From Flavobacteriales bacterium (GTDB lineage Bacteria > Bacteroidota > Bacteroidia > Flavobacteriales_D > CAJJDF01): 64,000 nucleotides of DNA. The stretch is taken from contig CBFHPW010000002.1 in the NCBI GenBank assembly GCA_965657945.1, positions 99,818 through 163,817 on the forward strand, given 5' to 3'. Each line of letters starts with the position of its first letter. The first letter of the stretch is position 1. This document shows positions 56,011 to 64,000 of the stretch, in pieces. The notes beneath the pieces are model-generated. The model was given only the letters and a program-made list of their open reading frames with translations. It was not told where the DNA came from and searched no databases. A program made the position numbers and the translations under genes.

Positions 56011-56042
56011 AAGCCATCCCGAAACCTCAGGATGGCTTTTTT
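56011..56042 (+). terminator. Rho-independent terminator after tRNA-Arg
   Basis: AAGCCATCC (56011-56019), 10-nt loop, GGATGGCTT (56030-56038), followed by TTTT. Confidence 0.75.
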
Positions 56043-56056
56043 AACTCTCGTTTTTA

Positions 56057-56716
56057 ATGAATAATTTGATCGTTCAAAACTTTGAAGCAGTCAAGCAAAA
56101 TTTGCCCAAACATGTAAAACTTGTAGCTGTTTCCAAAACAAAACCAAAGGAAGATATAGAGACTTTGTACCAAAAAGGACAGAGAATTTTCGGAGAAAAT
56201 CGAGTGGAAGAATTGGTTACGAAATTCAAAGAACTCCCCAAAGACATAGAATGGCACATGATTGGTCATTTGCAAAGTAAAAAAGTAAAAAAAATTGCCC
56301 CGTTCATCTCTTTGATTCATTCTATTGACTCACTTAAATTATTAATTGAGGTAAATAAAGAGGCAAAAAAAAATAATCGAGTGATTGATTGTCTACTTCA
56401 ATTTCATATTGCGAAGGAAGAATCTAAATATGGATTCACCGAGCAAGAGGGAATAGACTTAATCAATTCTGCCGAATTAAAAAAGCTCAAGAATATTCAA
56501 ATAAAAGGTGTTATGGGAATGGCTACGTTTACCTCTAACCAAGAATTATTAGCTTCAGAATTTAAAAAATTAGCAGAAATAAGCAAACTTACTTCTATTA
56601 TTATTCCTGGGTCTACCGAAATATCTATGGGGATGAGCGGAGACTATCTCCTTGCTATTCAGAATGGTAGCACAATTATTCGAGTTGGAAGCACGATTTT
56701 TGGCTCGAGAAATTAA
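56057..56716 (+). CDS. yggS: YggS-family pyridoxal-phosphate homeostasis protein
   Basis: LVAVSKTKP (PLP lysine), FGENRVEE, WHMIGHLQSKK and STIIRVGSTIFG. Confidence 0.9.
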   Translation: MNNLIVQNFEAVKQNLPKHVKLVAVSKTKPKEDIETLYQKGQRIFGENRVEELVTKFKELPKDIEWHMIGHLQSKKVKKIAPFISLIHSIDSLKLLIEVNKEAKKNNRVIDCLLQFHIAKEESKYGFTEQEGIDLINSAELKKLKNIQIKGVMGMATFTSNQELLASEFKKLAEISKLTSIIIPGSTEISMGMSGDYLLAIQNGSTIIRVGSTIFGSRN

Positions 56717-56824
56717 CGCTATTTTAACAAGTTATTCACAAACAACCCTGATAAAAAAGTTATATTTTAAACCTTTCAAGTTATTTTTTGGGTATTTTTG
56801 TACCGATTCAAAAAAACAACTTGC

Positions 56825-57928
56825 ATGAGTTCAGCGACAAAAGAACTAAAACCACTAAGATTTTCTCATACCATTGGGAAAGACTTCTCCTCCACCCTAA
56901 ACAAAAGAGTTAGAGCTTATTTTAAAGAAAATAACATTTCAAAATACGCTAATACCAGCATGGTAATTAAAACTATCGTACTTACTTTAGTTTACCTCGT
57001 TCCACTTATATTGATATTGTCTGGGGTTGTTTCAAGTTTTTGGATGGTCCTATTGATGTACGTAATTATGGGGTTTGGAATGGCCGGTGTAGGACTTTCA
57101 ATCATGCATGATGCAAATCACGGTGCTTATTCCAAAAAAGAAAATATTAATAAGTGGGTAGGAAGAATAATCAACTTAGTTGGTGGGTACGCATTAAATT
57201 GGAAAATTCAGCACAACGTGTTGCATCACACCTATACCAATGTACACGAATATGATGAAGATATTTCTACGATTGGAATCATGAGGTTTTCACCTGACGA
57301 AAAATGGAGGCCAATTCACAAATATCAATACCTGTATGCTTGGTTTTTTTATGGATTGATGACAGTAATGTGGATGACAACCAAAGACTTTCAACAACTC
57401 AAAAGATACAAGGACAAAGATTTACTGAAAAACTTTAATCAAAGTTACAAGGTAAACATGTTCAAAATGGTCGCTAGTAAACTATTCTACTATACTCTTA
57501 TCATTGCTTTGCCTATCATTATCTTACCAATTGCTTGGTACTGGGTTGTTCTATTTGTATTCATTATGCACTACATTGCGGGCTTCATATTAGGCATTGT
57601 TTTTCAACCTGCTCATGTTGTGCCAGAAACTGAATTTGTAACGGCTTCAGATGACTTAACAGTTGAGAACAACTTTGCTATACACCAAATGCAAACTACG
57701 AGTAATTTTGCCCCAAAAAGTAGAATTTTCGCTTGGTATGTAGGCGGGTTAAACTATCAGGTAGAACACCATTTGTTTCCCAATATTTGTCACGTACATT
57801 ACAAAAAACTATCTAAAATAGTACAGGAAACTGCACAGGAATTTAACGTACCTTACAATAGCCATAAAACCTTTTTACAAGCAATTTACTACCATGGTAA
57901 AATGCTAAAACAACTAGGAAAAGCATAA
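56825..57928 (+). CDS. Membrane fatty-acid desaturase (front-end / acyl-lipid type)
   Basis: Three histidine boxes: HDANHG, HNVLHH and QVEHHLFP. I prefer the ATG at 56825 over the TTG at 56798. Confidence 0.85.
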   Translation: MSSATKELKPLRFSHTIGKDFSSTLNKRVRAYFKENNISKYANTSMVIKTIVLTLVYLVPLILILSGVVSSFWMVLLMYVIMGFGMAGVGLSIMHDANHGAYSKKENINKWVGRIINLVGGYALNWKIQHNVLHHTYTNVHEYDEDISTIGIMRFSPDEKWRPIHKYQYLYAWFFYGLMTVMWMTTKDFQQLKRYKDKDLLKNFNQSYKVNMFKMVASKLFYYTLIIALPIIILPIAWYWVVLFVFIMHYIAGFILGIVFQPAHVVPETEFVTASDDLTVENNFAIHQMQTTSNFAPKSRIFAWYVGGLNYQVEHHLFPNICHVHYKKLSKIVQETAQEFNVPYNSHKTFLQAIYYHGKMLKQLGKA

Positions 57929-57944
57929 CCTATTTTTCAATACC

Positions 57945-57984
57945 AAAAAAAGCGCTCAAACCATGTTTAGAGCGCTTTTTTTTG
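57945..57984. terminator. Bidirectional terminator between the convergent desaturase and thiolase genes
   Basis: AGCGCTC (57951-57957) pairs with GAGCGCT (57970-57976). The stem is flanked by A6 and T8 runs. Confidence 0.7.
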
Positions 57985-58068
57985 TCGAATTTATCTAGAC
58001 TGAAATAGTTTTATCTATGCGTTTATTTTACTTGTGAGGTATCTAACTATTTTAAATAAAAATCCTAT

Positions 58069-59244
58069 CTATATATTTTGAATAACCATAGCAGAAGCTC
58101 CTCCACCTCCATTACAAATTCCGGCAGCACCAATTTTACCACCATTCTGTTTGAGCACATGAATCAGAGTCACAATAATGCGAGAACCTGAATTACCGAG
58201 TGGATGACCTATAGATACTGCTCCACCATTCACATCTACTTTAGAAGCATCCAATCCCAACTTTTGAATATTGGCTAACCCTACAACCGAAAAAGCTTGA
58301 TTCAATTCCCAATAATCAACATCTTCCTTTACTAGGTTAGCTTTTTTTAAGGCTTTCGGGATTGCTTTGGAAGGGGCCGTTGTAAACCATTCAGGTTCTT
58401 GCGCTGCATCTGCATAGCTTATAATTTTAGCTATCGGTTTTATTCCCAATTCCTCTGCTTTCTCTTTGGAGCAAATAATCAAAGCAGAAGCTCCATCATT
58501 CAAAGTTGAGGCATTTGCCGCTGTTACTGATCCTTCTTTTTGGAATACTGGTCTCAATGTTGGAATCTTTTCCATTCTTACATTCTTGTACTCCTCATCT
58601 TCTGAAATCACCAAGGCATCTCCCCTCCTTTGTGGCACTTCTACTGGAACTACTTCTTCAGAAAACTTTCCCTCTTCCCAAGCTTTGGCAGCTCTTCTGT
58701 ATGATTCCATGGCAAACTCATCTTGTTCTTCACGTGAAATATTACATTCTTTTGCACACAATTCAGCTGCATTACCCATGTGATAATCGTTGTATACGTC
58801 AGTTAATCCATCCAAAACCATTCCGTCTTTTAACGAAATATCTCCTAATTTTTGACCATTTCGGGCATTCATGTAGTGAGGAACCAAACTCATATTCTCC
58901 ATACCCCCTGCCACAACTAACTCATTGTCTCCCGCAAGAATGGATTGTGCTGCTAAAGAAATTGACTTCATACCTGAAGCACACACTTTATTGATTGTGG
59001 TGGCAGGAACTGTATTTGAAATGCCTGCAAACATGGCCGCCTGTCTTGCTGGTGCTTGTCCCAATCCAGCCTGCAACACATTGCCCATAAACACTTCGTT
59101 GATGTCGTTAGGCGATATCCCTGCTTTGTTTATTGCGCCTTTTATTGCTATGGCTCCAAGTTTGGTGGCTGGAACTGTCGATAATGATCCCCCAAAGCTA
59201 CCTATTGGCGTTCTTACTGCTGATAGTATATATATTTCTTTCAT
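58069..59244 (-). CDS. Acetyl-CoA C-acetyltransferase (thiolase II)
   Basis: Active-site context INKVCASGMKS, NGGAVSIGHPLGNSG and CNGGGGASAMV. Confidence 0.95.
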   Translation of the reverse strand: MKEIYILSAVRTPIGSFGGSLSTVPATKLGAIAIKGAINKAGISPNDINEVFMGNVLQAGLGQAPARQAAMFAGISNTVPATTINKVCASGMKSISLAAQSILAGDNELVVAGGMENMSLVPHYMNARNGQKLGDISLKDGMVLDGLTDVYNDYHMGNAAELCAKECNISREEQDEFAMESYRRAAKAWEEGKFSEEVVPVEVPQRRGDALVISEDEEYKNVRMEKIPTLRPVFQKEGSVTAANASTLNDGASALIICSKEKAEELGIKPIAKIISYADAAQEPEWFTTAPSKAIPKALKKANLVKEDVDYWELNQAFSVVGLANIQKLGLDASKVDVNGGAVSIGHPLGNSGSRIIVTLIHVLKQNGGKIGAAGICNGGGGASAMVIQNI

Positions 59245-59459
59245 GATATTTTTTTATTGAATTCAAAAATAAGGAATTTGTAACTTATTTTTTGGGTTCT
59301 TTGAAAAAATAAGACCTTCCGTATCGATTTTTTCTGAGCTTCACGTTTCGAAAATTAAACTCATGTAAAAAATAAAACTTAAAAAATATGCTCGTTTGAA
59401 TTAAAAAAATTTAGGTTCCGTTCAAATAATTGTAATTTTGAATTACTAAATAATAGAAA

Positions 59460-60029
59460 ATGATAGAATTAGACGATAAACTAATCTCCGAAGAACTATT
59501 TACAAATCAGTTTGTTTGTAATCTATCTGCCTGTAAAGGTGCATGTTGTATAGAGGGCGATGCTGGAGCACCTCTAGAACATAATGAAAAAGAACTTATC
59601 GAGAAAAACTTGGAGAAAATTATGCCTTTTATGAGGCAAGAAGGAATAGAAAAAGTACAGGATGAAGGTGTCTCCTATACGGATTTTGATGGCGAACAAG
59701 TGACAAGTTTGGTAAACAACAAGGAGTGTACTTTTGTGTTTTTTGATGAAAACAATACTGCAAAATGTGCTATTGAAAAGTCATACAGAGAAGGGAAAAT
59801 CGAATTTAATAAGCCTATATCTTGCCATCTCTATCCAATTCGAATAAAAAAACTTAAATACTACGATGCATTGGATTACAATAAATGGGAAATTTGTTCG
59901 CCAGCCTGCTCATTGGGTGAAGAGTTGAAAGTTCCAGTATATAAATTTTTAAAGGAACCACTGATAACAAAATACGGTTTGGAGTTCTATAAAAAATTAG
60001 AGCTAGTTGGCAAAGAACTCTTAAAATAA
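59460..60029 (+). CDS. DUF3109-like Cys-rich protein
   Basis: FVCNLSACKGACCIEGDAGAPL at the N-terminus, a pattern I recall for DUF3109. 189 aa. Confidence 0.55.
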   Translation: MIELDDKLISEELFTNQFVCNLSACKGACCIEGDAGAPLEHNEKELIEKNLEKIMPFMRQEGIEKVQDEGVSYTDFDGEQVTSLVNNKECTFVFFDENNTAKCAIEKSYREGKIEFNKPISCHLYPIRIKKLKYYDALDYNKWEICSPACSLGEELKVPVYKFLKEPLITKYGLEFYKKLELVGKELLK

Positions 60030-61160
60030 TCGGTAATATTCTACCTTAGAAATGCTCATGACAGAAACATCTTTGTAATAATAATAAAGTATTTCTTTGT
60101 AAGAATGAGACTTCGACATCACAATTCCTCCTTCTTGACATAGACCTACTCCATGGCCATATCCTCTTCCTATCAATACAATTTGATTTCCAATTTCATA
60201 CACGGAAAAGTAGGTAGATTTCAATCTGTATTGTTTTCGAATATTAACCAAACGAATTTTCTGACTACCAATGGAGTAAAACTCCTTCCTCTCGATTTGT
60301 TCGAAGTCTAGTTTTGTTGCATCAAAATAGGATTTTGGTTTACCAGTTTGTTGAGAGAGAAAGGACACCCAAGAATTTTTTGACAAGGTTTTTTTCCACT
60401 TTGCTTGTTTTGAATTTAAACAAAATGTGTCTTTTACGCTTTCCATACAAGGTAGTTTTTTGCTCCATACAAAATCAGTGGTTACAGTGCTTCCTCCACA
60501 ATTAGAATGAAATAAGGTATTTATATAATTCAAACTAGAATCTACTAGCACCTCTTCAGAAGTTTCGTTTACAGCTTGAGCAATATTCGTTCTATCATTT
60601 ATTCCTTTATATACTTGACAATGCGTGTGATCACATAAATCAAACCCCTCTTTTTTGTGCTTCTGATGGTGCAAGGCATAAGTTCTTGAGATAACCGCCT
60701 GAACCTTGTAATACTCTAATTCATAGCCATACCCCGCTTCCCCTTTAATCACACCCTCCACATATGTATCAATAGAGATTTCATTTACCACTTTTAGTTT
60801 TCCATTAATCGCATAGACCACAAAACTTCCCATGTATGGACGAGATATTTTGTCATCATTCCAAGTCAAACTATTGAATTCGCTATTGTTCTCCAACCTA
60901 AACCAAATGCGCGTTCCAATTGTTTTGTTGTTGAAGTAAGCTGTCACTTTATCTCCTTTTGCGATGAAAACAATTTTATCTGTTTTATTACTTAAGGTTT
61001 GATACGCTTCTTTTTCCGAAAAAAAAGTAAACCTACCAATGTGATAATTTACAGAGACTCTGGTTGGGTTATTTTCATAAAAAAGACCAATTCTCAAATC
61101 CCTCGCTTCGGTTGTAAAAGCAATAAAAAGGAGAAGTAAACCGACTAATTTCTTTTTCAT
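60021..61160 (-). CDS. SpoIID/LytB-domain protein
   Basis: Signal peptide. VISRTYAL...DLCDHTHCQVY...FHSNCGGST...GHGVGLCQ motifs. Confidence 0.75.
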   Translation of the reverse strand: MKKKLVGLLLLFIAFTTEARDLRIGLFYENNPTRVSVNYHIGRFTFFSEKEAYQTLSNKTDKIVFIAKGDKVTAYFNNKTIGTRIWFRLENNSEFNSLTWNDDKISRPYMGSFVVYAINGKLKVVNEISIDTYVEGVIKGEAGYGYELEYYKVQAVISRTYALHHQKHKKEGFDLCDHTHCQVYKGINDRTNIAQAVNETSEEVLVDSSLNYINTLFHSNCGGSTVTTDFVWSKKLPCMESVKDTFCLNSKQAKWKKTLSKNSWVSFLSQQTGKPKSYFDATKLDFEQIERKEFYSIGSQKIRLVNIRKQYRLKSTYFSVYEIGNQIVLIGRGYGHGVGLCQEGGIVMSKSHSYKEILYYYYKDVSVMSISKVEYYRLF

Positions 61161-62281
61161 TTTTTATTCGTCATGAATCGTACAATATGAGCAGCTGTAT
61201 TACTTGAAGCTCCGCCAACTCCCAATTGTTGGATAAGTTGAGCATAATCTGCTAGTACATGTTCTCGTGTTTGCCCTTCGATAATTTTGCCAAGTTCTTG
61301 GTAAATTTTTTCTTTGGTTAAGTCATGCTGAATAAGTTCAGTCACCACCTCTTTATCCATGATTAGATTGACTAAAGAAATGAACTTAATCTTTACCAAC
61401 ATTTTTGCTATTCTATAGGAAATGGGATTTGCTTTGTAACATACTACTTGAGGTACCTTGAACAAAGCTGTTTCGAGAGTTGCGGTACCCGAAGTAATTA
61501 ATCCAGCATGGCTATTCATCAACAAAGGATAGGTTTCGCCAAACACGAGGGATACAGATTCCCGTCCTTCGATAATTTCTTCGTACACCGCTTTATCTTG
61601 GGAAGGTGCTCCGCCAATTACAAATTGATAAGCCGGAAACTGATCGATTACCGAAAGCATGACAGGTAGTTTCGATTTTATTTCTTGAGTTCGGCTGCCA
61701 GGCAACAAGGCAATAATTGGCTTGGTTGACAAAGAGTGTTTTAAACGAAAGTCTTCTGAAACATATCCTTCTTTGAACTTTGAAATTTCATCTAACAATG
61801 GATTTCCTACAAACTCTACTTCGCAACCACATTCTTTATAAAAAGGTTTCTCGAATGGAAGAATGACGAAAAGCTTGTCTACAAACTTTTTTATCTTTTC
61901 CACTCTATTTTTTTTCCATGCCCATACCGTGGGAGAAATGTAGTAAAAAACGGTTATATTCTGGGAATGAATAAATTCTGCCATTCTTAAATTAAAACCT
62001 GGATAGTCGATCAAAATAACTGCATCGGGTTTGTACCCAATTATTTCGTTCTTACATAATTTAAAATTACCCAAAATGGTTTTGATGTTTAAAAGCACTT
62101 CGGCAAATCCCATGAAAGCTAATTCTTTGTAATGCTTGGTAATTTCTACACCTTCTGATTTCATCTTGTCTCCACCCCAACCACTAAATTCTGCTGTTGG
62201 CTGCCTTTTCTTTAGTTCAGCAACTAAATTGGCTCCGTGCATGTCTCCTGAAGCCTCTCCGGCAATTATGTAATATTTCAT
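61157..62281 (-). CDS. lpxB: Lipid-A-disaccharide synthase
   Basis: MKYYIIAGEASGDMHGANL N-terminus, DYPGFNLR and SGTATLE. Confidence 0.9.
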   Translation of the reverse strand: MKYYIIAGEASGDMHGANLVAELKKRQPTAEFSGWGGDKMKSEGVEITKHYKELAFMGFAEVLLNIKTILGNFKLCKNEIIGYKPDAVILIDYPGFNLRMAEFIHSQNITVFYYISPTVWAWKKNRVEKIKKFVDKLFVILPFEKPFYKECGCEVEFVGNPLLDEISKFKEGYVSEDFRLKHSLSTKPIIALLPGSRTQEIKSKLPVMLSVIDQFPAYQFVIGGAPSQDKAVYEEIIEGRESVSLVFGETYPLLMNSHAGLITSGTATLETALFKVPQVVCYKANPISYRIAKMLVKIKFISLVNLIMDKEVVTELIQHDLTKEKIYQELGKIIEGQTREHVLADYAQLIQQLGVGGASSNTAAHIVRFMTNKK

Positions 62282-62291
62282 TTACTTTTTT

Positions 62292-62552
62292 TTATAAAAC
62301 GTATTTATACAACCAAATAAAAAAATAAATGAAGGAAGAAATCATAACTCCTCTTGCCATGTAATCGTTGTTTTTTCTAAAACACCTTCTTAATAACAAA
62401 GCATTGAGTCCTAAACCAAAAAGTAATCCAGAACCTACAACTTGATCTGTTATTCGCTTATCAAACAAATAAAAAACCAAGTAGAGCATTGCTACAAACA
62501 AAAACGGAAAGAGGATTCCAAGGATTGAGCCTGTTAAAATTTCTTTTTTCAT
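62292..62552 (-). CDS. Small three-TM membrane protein (hypothetical)
   Basis: I prefer the internal ATG (MKKEILTGSILGILFPFLFVAML...). It lies between porQ and lpxB on the same strand. Confidence 0.45.
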   Translation of the reverse strand: MKKEILTGSILGILFPFLFVAMLYLVFYLFDKRITDQVVGSGLLFGLGLNALLLRRCFRKNNDYMARGVMISSFIYFFIWLYKYVL

Positions 62553-62633
62553 ACACTCAAAATTAAGAGTAAAATTGAATTGAATGCTAAACCAATTTGT
62601 GATTTGTAAACACATGAATGTGTAAGAACAAAA

Positions 62634-63704
62634 CTAGTTCTTGTGCCTGAAATCGTGGATATTAGTGGTAATTGAAAAGGTATGAGAATTTCCAGCCAAA
62701 TTGTAACTTGCAACACTGTAATTCAAATGAAACTTCTTCACCTTAAAAGCAACACCACCCGAAAAACCAACCATCCCTTTCTTGTCTAAAAACCTTAATT
62801 CTTGTCGTCTTCTCACATTGTATCCCAACTGAATATTAAAATTTTTGGACAAAACAATTTCTGTTGCAAAAATAACATGACCTGCAGCTTTGTCTAATAT
62901 TGTAGGTTCAGCAGCTGGAATTGGTTCAAAAGTATTCGGATCAAAATCTTGAGGAGCTAAAGGGTCGTCATAGGTTAAATCCCATTGTTGTAGATTGGCT
63001 AAAGTCAGAGAAAATCGAAATGGTGCATGTCTCAACTTGTAAGTTACCCCTGCTTGTATATCAAGTGGTAAAGCTTCGTTATCCGAATACTTGGAAAAAG
63101 AAAAACCAATGTTTTGGATAACTAATCCTGCCGAAAAAAGTGAGTTTGGTTTATGATAACTAGCTGCTAAATCTACTGCCAATCCATTGGAATAGTAAAA
63201 ATCATAGATGGAATTAAAAAACTTCAGGTTCGCACCTATTCTTATGTTGGAGTCTATAGCTCTTCCATAGCCTACCATCAATGCTAAATCATTGGCAACA
63301 AATTCTCCATTGATTTGGCCAGAGGCATCTGCCCGTTTAAACTTTCCATAATTGGCATACATCATAGCCAAATTGAAAGTTCCTATGTTTTTTACATGAT
63401 GTGTAAAAGAGGAAAAACCATAATTTATGTCTCCAATATAATTGTGATAGTTTAGGGTTATACTTCCCGATTGCGTTGAATCCAGAAGAGCTGGATTTGA
63501 GATAGTTAAATTCACATCGCTATCCGATAAAGAAATATTTTTGCCTCCCAACCCTTGAATTCGAGAAGAATTTGCTAGATCTAAAAATTGATAAGATGAA
63601 CTACCTCCCAATTGTGAAAAAACTGAACTATTTAAACACAGAAAAGCAAGTACAATAATTGTAATCTTTAATAGAGTTGCTAATTTTATTGTACTTGCTT
63701 TCAA
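62634..63704 (-). CDS. porQ: Type IX secretion system outer-membrane protein PorQ
   Basis: Signal peptide, then QLGGSSSYQFLDLANSSRIQGLGG, the PorQ N-terminal signature as I recall it. Beta-barrel-like alternating pattern ending in an aromatic-rich C-terminus. Confidence 0.7.
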   Translation of the reverse strand: MKASTIKLATLLKITIIVLAFLCLNSSVFSQLGGSSSYQFLDLANSSRIQGLGGKNISLSDSDVNLTISNPALLDSTQSGSITLNYHNYIGDINYGFSSFTHHVKNIGTFNLAMMYANYGKFKRADASGQINGEFVANDLALMVGYGRAIDSNIRIGANLKFFNSIYDFYYSNGLAVDLAASYHKPNSLFSAGLVIQNIGFSFSKYSDNEALPLDIQAGVTYKLRHAPFRFSLTLANLQQWDLTYDDPLAPQDFDPNTFEPIPAAEPTILDKAAGHVIFATEIVLSKNFNIQLGYNVRRRQELRFLDKKGMVGFSGGVAFKVKKFHLNYSVASYNLAGNSHTFSITTNIHDFRHKN

Positions 63705-63755
63705 ATTTAATGTCTATTTTCTTGGTAAGAAATCTTTTTCTTAACATCAAAAATA

Positions 63756-63977
63756 TTAGTCACATGATCCGTTTACATACTCTACGCCTGCACAATCTGC
63801 GTAAGATTTATTTGCGTATGTTTTGTCGTTACACCCACAAACTGGGGCATAATCAGAAGTAACGTTACAATCTTGTTCAAAGAACTCTTCACATTTCCCT
63901 AAAGGTTTGTTACAACTACTAGCTATAGCCATAAATGCTAATAATACGCCTGTGATTAATACACTGTTTTTTTTCAT
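63756..63977 (-). CDS. Small lipoprotein with a Kazal-type serine-protease-inhibitor domain
   Basis: Lipobox IASSC. CNVTSDYAPVCGCNDKTYANKSYADCAGVEYVNGSC fits the Kazal spacing (Y-x-PVCG-x-D-x-TY-x-N-x-C-x-x-x-C). Confidence 0.65.
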   Translation of the reverse strand: MKKNSVLITGVLLAFMAIASSCNKPLGKCEEFFEQDCNVTSDYAPVCGCNDKTYANKSYADCAGVEYVNGSCD

Positions 63978-64000
63978 GATCTAAGAGTTTAACGTCAATT

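Overview
This 64-kb chromosomal window comes from a low-GC Bacteroidota genome, probably Flavobacteriia-like. Support for that: two T9SS C-terminal sorting domains, a PorQ gene, many lipobox lipoproteins, a TAnnTTTG-type promoter box, and few Shine-Dalgarno sites. All product calls rest on motifs I recognised by eye in the supplied translations; no database search was run.

Most of the window is ordinary housekeeping:
- Transport and signalling: exbD-tonB, a TonB-dependent receptor, and a LytS/LytTR two-component pair.
- Cofactor and isoprenoid metabolism: folC, queD-folE, panB, dxr and dxs.
- Fe-S assembly, respiration and lipid metabolism: sufA/sufB, ctaA, gcvH, a thiolase and a desaturase.
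- Envelope and protein turnover: rseP, tilS, clpS, lpxB and porQ.
- One tRNA-Arg(ACG).

Two accessory-looking loci stand out.
1. At 16.3-22.4 kb, five genes lie on the same strand. They encode a secreted protein with a tail-fibre-like C-terminal module, three tandem lipoprotein paralogues, and an 883-aa T9SS type-A cargo with no domain I recognise. The paralogues repeat with an exact 792-bp period, share sequence in a patchwork pattern, and have a variable C-terminal third.
2. At 40.7-52.5 kb lies a 3048-aa T9SS type-B cargo. It has an N-terminal beta-helix, three ~400-aa super-repeats in which an Ig/HYR-like domain is split by three different inserted domains, and then 14 tandem HYR-like domains. 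Upstream of it is a frameshifted small secreted ORF, then an 877-bp very AT-rich control region carrying a 13-mer three times, then a divergently transcribed PAS-LuxR regulator.

I found no CRISPR array, IS element, integrase, rRNA or recognisable defence gene.
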